A program made the position numbers and the translations under genes. Under the pieces are notes generated by a model that had not been told where the DNA came from, ran no database searches, and saw only the letters and a list, made by a program, of their open reading frames with translations. A stretch of 57,883 nucleotides of DNA, from the NCBI GenBank assembly GCA_008632985.1, contig QPGO01000316.1, positions 1 to 57,883 of the forward strand. Direction: 5' to 3'. The stretch comes from Psammoneis japonica. Its lineage: Eukaryota. Positions 36,601-48,500 of the stretch are shown here, in pieces (the stretch's first letter is position 1; every line of letters begins with the position of its first letter).

Positions 36601-37736
36601 GGTGATTTCCTTGGGGACAACTCTGCAACATGACCCTTCCACCATCTCTGCAGTGCTTGCAAACCAGCTGTGGTGGTCTCAAAGCACTTCTCCATGCTGT
36701 CAAATGAGCAACAGTCATTTCCACACCTTGAGGACCACCTGGACATGCGGGCACACTCTCTCATTTGGCTGCATCAAACAGGATCAAATTGATCGTGTCC
36801 TCCAATGGTGTGCCATCACACTGCACTCCTTTGTGACCTTTGCAAACTCTGTCACTCCAAGCTTGTGATGGACAGCTTTTGCACACTGTCCCACAATCAC
36901 ATTGAATGCCTTCACCTTCTGCATCTCATGGATTGCACCCTGCTTCATGCAGTGGCCACGCTGTTTCCCCCAGATTGCCCTGTCATTCTCTGATGCAGTC
37001 ATGCCCAGTGGATGTTCTGGTTCCTCTGGCCTGTTCTCTTGCCTCAGAGATGCCAACACCTGCATCTCTGGCCTGAGCACTCTTCCCACACACTCACTTG
37101 TCTTTCTTGCATTTCCATGCAACTGCCCACCTGTCTGCCCAACTCAGCAATGGCATCGTGTGTCCACTCCTTTTGATCTTTTGTGCTTCCATGCTCAGCT
37201 GTTGTGTCCTCAACCAGCACTCCAGTCCAACACATCCTTGCTGCACCCCACCTTGGCAGACCCTCCAGCTGCCCTGCAGCAAGGCCCTCCAGAGATTGCT
37301 GGTTGTCACTTGGTCTCACTGACCTCAACTCACCACATGGATTGCACACACACACACACACACACANNNNNNNNNNNNNNNNNNNNNNNNNNNNNNNNNN
37401 NNNNNNNNNNNNNNNNNNNNNNNNNNNNNNNNNNNNNNNNNNNNNNNNNNNNNNNNNNNNNNNNNNNNNNNNNNNNNNNNNNNNNNNNNNNNNNNNNNNN
37501 NNNNNNNNNNNNNNNNNNNNNNNNNNNNNNNNNNNNNNNNNNCACACACACACACACACACACACATCTTTTGCCTTTTTTGCCACTGTGGCCATGTCAA
37601 CCAGGTGCAGAAGCTAAAAAATGGGAACAAGCCCTGCGATTTGTCAAGAGCAACAAACAGAAAATTCACCAAGTCAGTGTTTGTTGTCAGCACATCACAC
37701 ACTCCCAAAGCTGCCTCTTGCCCTGATGTTCCAACA
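33690..37736 (-). mobile_element. Old degenerate CoDi-like LTR element (LTRs ~33690-33933 and ~37297-37736)
   Basis: Diverged direct repeats (ctcaactcac..ggatt..gaagctaaaaa.tgggaacaagcc..ttccaaca), both starting TGTTGGAA on the minus strand. PPT-like GAAGGAGTG before the 3' LTR. Gag-like KAFNVIVGQCAKAV in ORF 36784-37122. Confidence 0.75.
37345..37566. repeat. (CA)n microsatellite spanning an assembly gap (N 37367-37542)
   Basis: CA runs on both sides of the N block. It lies inside the 5' LTR of the 33690-37736 element. Confidence 0.95.
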
Positions 37737-39805
37737 CAAACATGCTGCATGCTCATTGTGCACAAGATTCAAGTTCCAAACACTGGTCATTTGTCAGGTT
37801 GGTCCGCTCATTGAGTTTTGTAACACCCCTTCCTTTCTGCACATTTTCTGCATGGACTCAGTGCCACACAAGTCATTTCCTGTCACCCATGTGTGGCAGC
37901 GCCAGTCAACTGACACCCTTTCCTGATCCAGCATGTCCAAACCAGAGACAGCACAGATCACAGACAGAACAAAAAGGAAAGCAGGAAAGTCAGAGCTGAC
38001 CAGTGAAAAACACATTGCAGGCTGGATGACCAAAGAACAAATGGACAACAAAACAAATGCACAAGGTGCTGTTCAGCAGCAGGAGGTGCCAAATGCCAAA
38101 CAAATGGAGACATTGTGTCTCAATGGAAGTGTCCCATGAGGCAACAAGCATGGCACCAGGCACCCAGCATCAACCCAAGAGCCTTGGCAAGATCATCACT
38201 TGCACTGACATGGCCAGGAATGATGTGTCTTGTGGCAGAGTGCCGACCATCTTCCTTCCAACCCCGAATTGTGGCCAACATCTGTTGAGCATCAGTGTGG
38301 TGCTGCAAGTGCTCAGCAGGAACATGGTTGCTGATGATCTTGATGACAGGCAGCTCATCATCAACAAACAGTGGAGTGGGGTCAGGCTGGGAAAAAAGAG
38401 CTCTTGAAGAACTGAACATGAATGCAGGACATGCTTGGTGGTGGCGTGTCAGCGGCACAAAACTCAGCCTCAGCAGAGTCACCCACAGCAACTGGCTGCA
38501 TCTTGCAATGGCAGGAGATTGCAGTGCCTGCCAAAGTGCATCCATGCCCTGCAGAGGACTGGTGGTTCTGAAGGTCATTGCCGCAAACAGCATCCAAGAA
38601 AGCCATGAGCTGCGTGAGCAACTTTGCAGAAGGGAAAGCAGGCAAAGATGGGTCAACCTCAAGCTGCTCAAACAGACAGGCAGGTGGCAAAAGATCCTCC
38701 CAAGATTTCTTGCAGCTGACACCCCAACACTTGGTGCAACAAAGACACTTTGCAATGTCTGCCAAAGCAGCAAACTGAGTGGGAGCAGGTGACAAGGCAA
38801 ACTTGGAGAGTGTTGCAATTGTGTGCCCCCAGTGCCAAGGCAACAAATGACATGTGCACACAACAATGGCCCAAGAAGATGCTCTGGACAGCACATGATT
38901 GAGAAGTCTTCAACTTGCCACTGGAGGAGAGTGCACTTGCCCTCATGGGTGGATGCACAGACACACCTGTCATGGGTGGTGTTGGAGAACAAGAGCTTTG
39001 CACTCAGTCAAAATTCCAGACTCCTCAGGGTGACCTGGATGTGCACACAAGACAGGCAACTCTCCACATTCCAATCAAGGTCAACTCCAAAACAGGTTTT
39101 GTGCCATGTGGCAAAGGCTTCGTCAACCTTGCTGACATGAAATTGAGTGCACACATGGTGGTGAGGCCAAGAGCATCATCACAATCTGAGCACTCCAATG
39201 TGGGGATGGTTCCAAAAAGGGCCCAACAGTTTCCTCTGCCCTCCCCTGCTCTTGATCCCTCCCTGGGCTGACATGTGGCATGCAGTGGCACAAAAGTGTC
39301 ATCAGGTGCTGACACATTGATGTTGAAAGTTGTCAACAAAGTTGCAGGAGTGGTGGATGCAGAAGTGTCAACTGGAGAAAGAGGTTTTGCACTGGTTGGT
39401 TTTGGAGCTGGCAACCACTCTTTGGTGCCCCCCAGCTGTCATTGTGGTGTCTGAGTGAAGAGAGAGTGGGCAGCATTGCAGGTGCTCACAACTGGCTGCA
39501 ACAGCCTGGTTGAAAATCCAACAATGATTTTTCAGATTTCATGAGTGTTTGCCCATTCTGTCCAGCAGGCGCAAATTTCTTGGGCTGCCAACAAATGCAG
39601 GTGCACATTTTGCAGCCTCTCATTTCAAGACCTGACAAAAGTGGATGTGGAAGCCCTTGATGTGTGGGTTGTTCTTGAGAGCAGGGCAGCTGTCAAACAG
39701 ATGGTCCCCTGCGCAGACCAAATGCAGTCACTTTGTGGCCTTGTTTGGTGCTGCCTTGATCTTGAACACAGGTGCCATGCAGGTGTGGTGGAGAAGGTGG
39801 TCATT

Positions 39806-40720
39806 GACTTGTTCCAGACTTAGGTGCACTCACGCGCGAAAAAATGACCCTTTTTGCATGAAACGCGCGGTCCACACTTGCGGTACCATTTTCGATAGTA
39901 AAAACATAACAATTTACAAATGTGTTGTTATGGGTACATACAGAATTGTCTTGTGCGTGTACCCATGTATTCGAAACTGTTGATGGACTCAGTCATTAGT
40001 CGCTAAATTGTACCGTAAGTTGAGAGCTCGAATTTTCCGATGAGCGATTTATATATGCCTAAATGTAACAAGAAACATATAAAATATTATTCATATATAT
40101 AAATTAAGTCTTTAACATAGCATAATTAATATTTTGTTTTTATACGCGAATATGAGTTACACTCAACGGATCGAATAAAGCATTCGTTGATTAATAAGTT
40201 TAGGACGACGTGAGAAGAAGTGTAGCTCAGCCCACGCAATGGCGTCGACTTCGGACCATTTTTCACGGTTTAAAAGGCATAAACGATTGATACACTTGAA
40301 TCAGTCGAATATATTGAGGAAATATACATGGTAATAGAAAAGAAATGGTCCTTAGAGGCAAATTGTGAGTGAATAGAGGCTCAATTGTTGTTGCTGACAG
40401 ATTTAGCATTATTGTGCCGCGCTGCAGCCTTCAACAAGCATTTTCACTATTGTTGTTGATGACACAGACTATATCAAATACGGAGATCGTGGTCATGACA
40501 TTCAATTTTCCATAAGGCTGAAAAAAAGTGGGCCGTCATGGTCACTGAAAGCCATGGCCGGTTTGGCTGTTTGTTTGTTCGAGTTTATTCTGTTTATTTT
40601 ACTTACAAGCCATTGATATGATCAATTTTATTAAATATGTACGGTGTTCGATAAAGCATTAAAAAATTATTTTTTCTGCGAAAAGGGGCATGTGCGCGCC
40701 ACCTAAGTCTGGAACAAGTC
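39806..40720. mobile_element. 915-bp non-autonomous DNA transposon, AT-rich and essentially unmutated
   Basis: Perfect 21-bp TIR GACTTGTTCCAGACTTAGGTG and 4-bp TSD CATT (39802-39805 and 40721-40724). No coding capacity seen. Confidence 0.95.
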
Positions 40721-41275
40721 CATTGTCCATGGACGGGAAATTGAAGATGGGTGAGCTCATCACAAAAGCTGCTGAAGGTGTTGTCCATGGGTGGGTGTGA
40801 TGGCATCTTTTGGAAGTGCTTCATCTGGAGAAGAGTCCTGAGGTGGCTCATCATGCCCCCCCGCCCCAGCAAAGTCCAGAGCATTGACGCTGAGGTTGCA
40901 TCAGCACATGCCATCATTGCAGTGATTTCTGGGACAGTGGGAGTTCTGGGCCCATTGGGAAAAAGTGCCACAATCTGACATGTGCCAGAACTGTGATGAT
41001 GACTTGTCACTGGTCAAAACAAAAGTCAGTGGAGGAAGATCCAAGGAGATCCTGTCAGTCTGCCTGTTGCATGATGGACAGACTGTGTGTGGATGATGGC
41101 CAGACCTCTTGGATGGGCCAGCAGATCTCTCTGAGATCTGCCTCTTGTTCTCTTCTGCTGGCACTCATGTTGTCACAGTCCCAGTGCTTGGGGAGTCTTT
41201 CATGTTGTTGTCATCATCAACCTTTGGCATTCTGCCAGATCCTCCACACAGTCTGGGTGCCCTGATTTCTGTCCA

Positions 41276-41297
41276 GTGTGTGTGTGTGTGTGTGTGT
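41276..41297. repeat. (GT)n microsatellite within the putative 5' LTR remnant
   Basis: About 11 GT units. Confidence 0.9.
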
Positions 41298-41799
41298 CGA
41301 CACACCACTGGAGTGTGTTTTGCTGACACACATGACTCACTTGAGTCATGACCCAGTTGGCTGTCACCCTCATGCAGTGCAAGAGATGAGCTCCAAATGC
41401 CAGTTTGTGATGTTGGTCTGTTGTCTGTTCGTTGACTTTGCAATGTCCCTTCCTTTCTGCAAATTTTCTGCACAAAATTGGAGCCACAATTTCCCACCTC
41501 AGGAGAAATCACCTCACTGAATGAAAAATGATGAGTGGTGCCCAAGAATCCCATTTGACTGGAAAAGGCTCTTCTGGAACTTTGCTTCGAAACATGCAGC
41601 TTTGACAAATGTGCTTTGCAGCTTTGTGGTGTCTGATTGTCACTTGCCGTTGCCTTTTCAGATTTCCTGTCCACTGTCATTTTCATGCAAAATGGTGAGC
41701 AATTGCCACACCAACCACATCAGCAAGGCATGTGTGATTCTCATGTTGGAGCATCTGAGAGTGCGGCTGCCACAATGACACAAATGACAAGCTGTGCAC

Positions 41800-42425
41800 A
41801 ATCTGCAAGAAAAAAAGTGATTGACCATGTTGATGCTTTTGAACAACAAGTGCCATTCACAAATCATTTTATGTTGCAAGCATCACACCCGGTGGTGCCA
41901 CACTCACAATGGCAAGCAACCAAAGGCCAACTGCAACAACTCCACTCATCTTGCAGAAATGGTGCATTTCAGTGCTGTGATGCACCTCTGTGAGGAATGG
42001 CTTTTCTCAGAAAACAAAACTTCCATCTCACAGTCAGGCCACCCAGAAACAAAAAGAGTTTGCCACTTTTTGGCCAGCCAAGTGCACACACCTCATCAAA
42101 CACTGCATGCTTTCAATGAATGAAAGCCAGTTGTGTCATGGACATGGACCAACCACAAGAGCTTCTTGGCTCCAAAGAAAAAAAAACGAAGCAGCAACAA
42201 TGCAGAGAGACAAGGAGAAGTTGATTGAAACAATCAAAAAGATGAAAGAACAGTGAAGGAGAGTGTCAGCAAAAAAATTAGATTTTGCACAAGAGGAAAG
42301 AACACACAGAAAAAACAAAAGGCAAGACAAGACTGGGGTTCACATGGGAGAAAACTTGAGGCGATGGGCAGGTGAACACAAACAAGACTGGCATCACAGA
42401 GTGTTCAACAAATTCAAGGCATGGG
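41800..42425 (+). pseudogene. Hypermutated copy of the gene at 54860-55516
   Basis: For example gccagttgtgtcatggacatggaccaaccacaagagc (~42126) versus attagttgcgtcgtggacgtggaccgactacaagagc (55081); also gttgattgaaacaatc and ttagattttg..caagaggaa. Contains stops and indels. Confidence 0.85.
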
Positions 42426-43627
42426 CAAAGGTTTGTGAGAATGTTTTTGCATGTTTGAGCAAGGGCTCTCAATTTTGCAGCAGCAAGCCCAAGGAAAGAC
42501 ATGAAAACACAGCAAAGGGGACAAGAAAAGCATGTGCAAGAAGAGAGCAACTGCCTGCTGCACATTGGTGGGCAGGAGCACTTTGGAGCAATGCCAGCAG
42601 CAAACTCCAGTGTCAATGAGCTGTTGTTGTTGCAGCCTCTTGTTGTTTCAATGCCAGCGGCACTTTGCCAGAGCTGAGATGGCCCAGCTTCTGCCCCACC
42701 CACTCTTTTGCTTCCAGCGGCCCAGTTCTGGGCTCAGCCACAGCTTTGGGAAGCTCAGCACAGCACTGGGACTCAGGTGGGTGCCCCCAAGCTGTTGGTT
42801 TTAAACTCCCGCCACAAAGTCAGTTGCACCAGCTGCAGCAACAGCAGTTGCAGGGAAGCTTGGGCTCAGTGGACCAACTGTGTGTGATGCCAAAGATTGA
42901 CTTTGGAATCTGGGCTCCACACCAAATGTTCCAATGGAAGCTGACCCAGCACCTCAGCAGCCATTTCCAGCTGGCTCCAAATGTTGTGTCTTCAAACCCA
43001 CATTTCATTTCAAAGCAAACTTCAAAATCTTCTTGACATGGCCACCATGTTCCACATGGAACAACATGATGTGTTTTTTGCAAGTTGTGTGGTGGTGGTG
43101 TGTGGTTGTTTTTGACAACTTCTTTCCACCCAGGGCTGGAAGGCATCTCATTTTTTCCCAGTTGCCCTGCCACCACACCCAAAGGCCCAGATGCAAGGGT
43201 GTGGATTGCAGGTTGTTCTGAAGCCAAAGCAGACAACTGAATGTTTTTATGGAGTGCCACTCCATTTACAAAGACACAGTTCTGAGTCCTTGTTCCAAAG
43301 GCTACAATAGAAAGCCCTAAACCCGAAACGCAACGTTTGCGAGTTTTATTGTTGAGAAAGGCCATTTGTGTTGCTGTGATGGCAGTGTTGAATTCACAGG
43401 TTTAGGTTTACAAGTACTTATCACTGAAAAACAGTTTTTGGTCTCAGCTTCAACTGTATCGATTCAGCCACATTTCCTAATGTGCATCCATAGAACACCA
43501 CCATCCAATCATCTGAGGAAGCTCATTAGCAGTGGCAACCTTTGTTGTCAGTGATAATACAGGCGTGTGTCTAGAGTAGAAAGCTTTATGAATGACATGG
43601 TGGTGTGTGTCTAGAGGAAAGCCTCAG

Positions 43628-45226
43628 CTAGTCCGAGTCACACAAGTCGATCACAATGGCGGGTGCATTGGACTTTGGCGTTACCTTCTTCTCTTCCTTC
43701 TTATGGAGAAACGTTTTGGCAATTTCAATCGCTTCCTCTGGCCGTCCTTCTTCCAGAGCTTTCACTGCATCTTGATTTGCCGAAGCGGGAATGTAGTCTG
43801 CAGATGATGTAGAAGAGACAGGAGGAAGCCTGCATGGCAGACGACACTGCCACTCTCTGCGAGTCGACGCACATGCTGTGGCCAATACGACTCCAATCTC
43901 TACATTCCTGGGCATTTCCCCGCGTATGCCCCACGCCGCCACACTAAAGTTGTGAGAACCAACGTAGACAATACTGACACCTTGATTGCAGGGAGAAAAC
44001 AAAACCTTGGCATGGGAAATGGCATGACAACCCAAATGGGATAAGCCATACTCGGGTGGGTTGGGAGGTGAGTCGAAGAAAATTTGGCGTTTGGCCGCTT
44101 CGGGGATTGTATTCCAGTGTGACTGTGGTATCGCGCGAGTGCGACTTATGAGAGAAATCAAATTCATGGTAAGGGCCGTCTCATGGCTAGGCCACATGCA
44201 ACGAACGCTCTTCAAGACGCTCTCCCACGGCGTGCTCCTTGGTGCTGGTGTATCCTCCCCTTGAAAGGCTCGATGCATCTGCAGAAGAAAGTCGGGTCGG
44301 ATATTCCCAAACGATCCCGCCATGGCATACACGAGCTTTCCGCCCTCTTCCTCTTTCTCAATACTAGCAGCAGTATGAGGACCATCACCATCGCTCTCAC
44401 AGTCAGAGCTCTCATAGTCAGAATGGACACCCAATTCGCAAAGAAAACTGCTGACGACGGATGCCAGTTGACTATAACCACCGCGATCATTAGCATGGCC
44501 AGCATAACCAGCGGAACGAGGAAAGGACATGACCAATCTCGCAGCAGCAGTTGTCATGTCTATACCTGCCAGCAGTGCATCTAGTCTTGACTGAATGATT
44601 CGGTTGTCGGATACGCTTCCGCAGGAGGTTAGATCGTCCAAGAAGGTCGGTAGCGTTTTTCCAAAGCACGATGCTTCCGAACTAAGATTGTCTCGATTTA
44701 AATGAAAGTCTTGTACCCACAAGCAGTCTCGATCGACTTCCCACTGCCCCTGGAAGAGATTACTTCCACATACGACAACACGGAGTCCCAAGTTGCATCG
44801 AAAGAGCAGTAGCTTGCTGTGTAGACAGCCACCCGTATGAGGTTTGCACAGCAGATAGTACCACCGTGAAGATGAAAGGCTTTGTTGTTGTCTCGGAATT
44901 CCCACGAGTTGGGCATCTCCAATCATTCGTGCCTCGGAGTCGGGCCGTCCATCATGGACTACCACTGCGAGTTCCGGAATGTCACCAAAGATTTGTTCGA
45001 GCCAGTCTTTTTCCGGAGCGACAAATGTCGTACAAAGTGCCGAGCTGCAGGCGGGAGGTAGGAGATTCTGTATCGCAACGTGACCGTCCTTGAACTCTTC
45101 TCCCGGATTAAGGCGATTTCGATAGATTGTATTTCCTCGAAAGGTTCCAAAGGCAAGTCCGTGATCGACAGTTTCAGCAGAGTTATAGTCTTCTAGTCGA
45201 CGGCGTTTCGAAACATCAGAAGACAT
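43628..45226 (-). CDS. TDP1: Tyrosyl-DNA phosphodiesterase 1-like protein
   Basis: Two HxK motifs with the TDP1 context: LHSKLLL..RVVVCGSNL and SHAKV..YVGSHNFSVAAWG..NVEIGV. First ATG at 45226. Confidence 0.8.
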   Translation of the reverse strand: MSSDVSKRRRLEDYNSAETVDHGLAFGTFRGNTIYRNRLNPGEEFKDGHVAIQNLLPPACSSALCTTFVAPEKDWLEQIFGDIPELAVVVHDGRPDSEARMIGDAQLVGIPRQQQSLSSSRWYYLLCKPHTGGCLHSKLLLFRCNLGLRVVVCGSNLFQGQWEVDRDCLWVQDFHLNRDNLSSEASCFGKTLPTFLDDLTSCGSVSDNRIIQSRLDALLAGIDMTTAAARLVMSFPRSAGYAGHANDRGGYSQLASVVSSFLCELGVHSDYESSDCESDGDGPHTAASIEKEEEGGKLVYAMAGSFGNIRPDFLLQMHRAFQGEDTPAPRSTPWESVLKSVRCMWPSHETALTMNLISLISRTRAIPQSHWNTIPEAAKRQIFFDSPPNPPEYGLSHLGCHAISHAKVLFSPCNQGVSIVYVGSHNFSVAAWGIRGEMPRNVEIGVVLATACASTRREWQCRLPCRLPPVSSTSSADYIPASANQDAVKALEEGRPEEAIEIAKTFLHKKEEKKVTPKSNAPAIVIDLCDSD

Positions 45227-46321
45227 GATTTTGAGAAAGTTACACCTCGGAGGTGAATGAGGCTGGTATCGTCGTAGTGTCGTTGACAATCCAATATTGA
45301 GCCCCCCTGTTTATTTTTCTATCCTATCCCACCGGCGTGAAATTCTATCCAATAAATGCAAACAGCATGTGCATTACTTCCACGTGCTTCACATTCAGTC
45401 TACTGTAATGGAGAGCGCCATCGTATCTCCATTTTCGTTTCTATCTCGAGCGTTCAGACGTGTCTGTCCTTCTATCCAAGAATCTGTATGTACTTCTACA
45501 GCATTTTAAATATCTTCATTCAGTACTCACGACTCACTCACGACCACCGCAAATCCATCACTTGGACGTGAAAGGTAAGGGATTTGTGATAGACTAGGTC
45601 AATAAAAGCGTGTCAAATGCGACGGTATGGTGAACTGCTTGGTTTCTATGGGATATTGAGTTCTTTTTTGTGGCTTTTTCTCCGAGCTTGTTGCACCATC
45701 GTGAAAAATGGTTACAGCAATCCACCCCTGACGTCTTGGCAAGAAGATTGATTCGCCTCGGAACCGGTAGAGTTCACTACAGAGCAAACAAAGGAAGTCA
45801 CAAAGCATGTCAGGGAACAGCTTCGGGATAAAAGTTCTGCGGACAGCCATAATCTTAGAGAACGCGAGACTATAGTCCCCATTTTGCATTTCCGCGTCGT
45901 GTTGAATTCGTTCATCACGTAAAAACAACAGCATAAGTCATTCAACTAGTCGAGTGCATGAAGCAGGAAGCGGAGATGGTTAACTTCTTGTGTCACAGTC
46001 TGCAACAGACGGCGCCGCCGCTGTCTGCATCTTCAGAAGGCCTCGTGGACAGTGGACTAGGAATGCATGCAAAAAATGTCGCCTTTGAAGTCGACAGCAC
46101 TTCCAGCGCAACAATCACCTTGTACTGTATTATAAATTATGTATTTTAACTCAGAATAATTTTTTTGTTGAGTCTAGCAGCAGCCGCTGTATTTGCCTAT
46201 TCTCCGTGCTGTTTCTGTTGCTCGTTAGATGGAGCCACTTTCCGAGGCCCGATGCTTTTCTGCACTCTGCATGTGTGTAGTGGCGGCTGCATTCGCTCTT
46301 TCTCGGCACTGTGTCTGTCTA

Positions 46322-47443
46322 TTAAATCAACAAAGCCCCCGGGGCTTTCTGTGCTGTGCCACTGGGGTAGTCAAAACTGACTTCTTTCGCCACGTCCTCC
46401 ACGCTGTCCATGGCCTCTTCCATGGTTACCGGCTTTCGTAAGACCATTTGCTGGAAAAAGTACGACATAAGTTCACCGGTGGCTTCCAGCTGGCCCGTCT
46501 TGGTACGAAGCAGATAGAGGATCTGGATAATAATGAATTCGATAAAGCCAAGAAGCGCGAGAGCCACGAAGCCAATGAGATTTCCCAGCTGCATGTCAAA
46601 GAGAACAATCTTGTCTTGGAAACCAGTGTGTAGACCGCGAGCTACCTTGGCATACAATGCCGAGTCACGAGCGTTGCCATTGGAGAGTGCGGCAATCTCT
46701 TGCACTTTTGATGCTCTTGCGATAAGGTCCCATCCACCCGCCATGAGGAGTGCATCTGGAACCGTCCTGTCTTGGAGGGCAACGGAGGGTTTGAACTCGT
46801 CCACACCAGCGACTGGTGCCATTGCGAAAAGGTGCCGAATGTTTGAAAATTCAGCGGCTACGGTGAAACACAGCCCCCCGCCCATGCTGTGCCCAGCGAC
46901 TGCCATGGGGACATTCCTATCGAAGTAAGGCTTGAAGCACTCGTCCCCATCCAACGCCATGCGAATGCATTGAACGGTATCTTGCGAGACGGCACGTTGG
47001 AGGGAATACTGTTTGGCATTCTCCGAGCCTTTTGTGCCAGCCTTATCACGAGCAATCCTGTCGGTTAGTCCCGTCTCCACGGCCACAACAGCTATATCCG
47101 CCGCGTCCGAAACGATCTTGAGCGTCTTGCGGTAGGCTTCGGGATATTGGCTGAAGCCATGCATGAAGAAGACGACACCCTTGGCCTTTTTGCCTTCGGG
47201 GACAAGGAGATCCACGCCCATCTTGTCGTATGACTGGAAGCCTTTGTAGTTCCACTCTCTTTCAATTTCGACCTTCTTGAGAACGATATCATCGTCTTTG
47301 AATGTCAAATCAGGGCAAGTGTTGAACTTGGCGGGTAAAGGCGACACCGCGAGACGGTAGGCTCCTCCCCGGGTGCTGGGCACCACAAAGCCCGAAGCGT
47401 CTTTTACTAGCAGGAGGAAAGCGGCAGTTAGAAGGTGAAACAT
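46322..47443 (-). CDS. Alpha/beta hydrolase (chlorophyllase-like) with signal peptide
   Basis: FFMHGF, GHSMGGG nucleophile elbow, GGWD and GLHTGF. N-terminal MFHLLTAAFLLLVKDASGF. Confidence 0.8.
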   Translation of the reverse strand: MFHLLTAAFLLLVKDASGFVVPSTRGGAYRLAVSPLPAKFNTCPDLTFKDDDIVLKKVEIEREWNYKGFQSYDKMGVDLLVPEGKKAKGVVFFMHGFSQYPEAYRKTLKIVSDAADIAVVAVETGLTDRIARDKAGTKGSENAKQYSLQRAVSQDTVQCIRMALDGDECFKPYFDRNVPMAVAGHSMGGGLCFTVAAEFSNIRHLFAMAPVAGVDEFKPSVALQDRTVPDALLMAGGWDLIARASKVQEIAALSNGNARDSALYAKVARGLHTGFQDKIVLFDMQLGNLIGFVALALLGFIEFIIIQILYLLRTKTGQLEATGELMSYFFQQMVLRKPVTMEEAMDSVEDVAKEVSFDYPSGTAQKAPGALLI

Positions 47444-47689
47444 TCTCTCTCGGATACTCTCTGGTTTTGTTTTGTGTTCGGTTTCTTGGTTCTTACGGCT
47501 TGCGGTGTGCAAGATTTGTGAGTGATCACGTGATCACGCATGCAACATCATGATGTCAATCTGGAAATCTTGTGCGAAGTGCGCTGAAGTCCCGCTTTGA
47601 AAAGCGCTCAGCTGTTTTTTCGCGCGAAGTTTGCTGTCGTCGGTCACGAGTTCCAGTCCCGAGCGTTGCTAGTGTGACGTCATGACTTC

Positions 47690-48500
47690 AACGCGCAGAT
47701 CGTCTGTTCGACTGAGAAGTTTGAGACTTGGCAGCAACAGTGCCTCTTTGCTGATTTGCGTCAATTGTGCACAGTGCTCCGCATCCACACGACCTCCAGG
47801 TTTTTAAGTGATCGCACTGCAGGAGGTAGCTCTTTGGGACCACAACAAAAGCCCAGCAAGCTCTCAGGCGCAAGCAGAAACGTGCTTTGCAAGAAATCTC
47901 GTGTGCAGCGCGACACTCCACACAAGCAGAGAGTTTTCAGCTTGGACAGCACACCAATCTCAACATGAATTTTAGTGAGACCATTGCAGTGTGAAAGGCA
48001 AAGGACTTCCAACTGATGCAAAATCTGCCCCCCCCCACCAGCTCCAGACGGTGACCAAGCGACGAGGCAGGAGATGTGTGCAGCTCCACACTCTGCAAGA
48101 TCAGACACTTCAAACTTCTCAAAAGGAAGACAATCATTTGGCAGCCCCTTGAGACTTTTGCATGAGATGTCAAGCCCAACACTTTGAGACACAAGAGCTG
48201 GTGCAAACACTGTGAGGCAACCACTCAAGACGACTGCTGACATGGCCATCCAGCCCAAAAATGCCCTCAAGCTCGCCACTCGTCCAATCTCACCAGGCAA
48301 CAACTTGGTTGGCCCACAACAATCTGTGAGATTTTGCACTTTGAGTCTTGTCAATCATCTGTTTGCTGGAGGCAATTGCTGGAGATTTGCACAATTCTTC
48401 AAGCTCAACTCTGCCAGCTGGCACAATGTGCCAATCTTGGCTGGCAACTCTTCCCCTTCATGCTCTGGTTCAATTTTAGAGTGAAACCGTGGTGTCTCCT
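47690..48500 (-). pseudogene. Hypermutated LRR gene copy B
   Basis: Degenerate LRRs (LLPGEIGRVASL, LHQLEVLCLSHCNGLTKIHVEIGVLSKLKTLCL, KELPPAVRSLKNLE) homologous to copies A and C. Tyr-free and frameshifted. Confidence 0.85.

Larger units (their letters stand above)
37740..41500 (-). mobile_element. Second old, internally deleted CoDi-like copia remnant
   Basis: LTR remnants ~37750-37915 and ~41262-41500 share ccttcctttctgca.attttctgca. PPT AGGAAAGGG then TGTCAG at 37915 (minus strand). Gag knuckle-like LVCAGDHLFDSCP (~39700), RT TTHDRCVC..LLQWQVEDFSI, RNase H EAEFCAA and IPGHVSASDDLAKALG (~38150-38480). Confidence 0.8.
33800..43240. other. Hypermutated domain 2: both TpA and CpG depleted, CA/TG-rich; interrupted by an unmutated element at 39806-40720
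   Basis: TA and CG are both scarce, and all frames give Tyr-free, Cys/His/Gln-rich ORFs. Confidence 0.9.

Noticed and set aside
33900..43300. Numerous Cys/His-rich ORFs as real genes or metal-binding proteins
   Set aside because: They are expected artefacts of TAA/TAG/TAY loss, they overlap in all six frames, and several map to decayed TE proteins.
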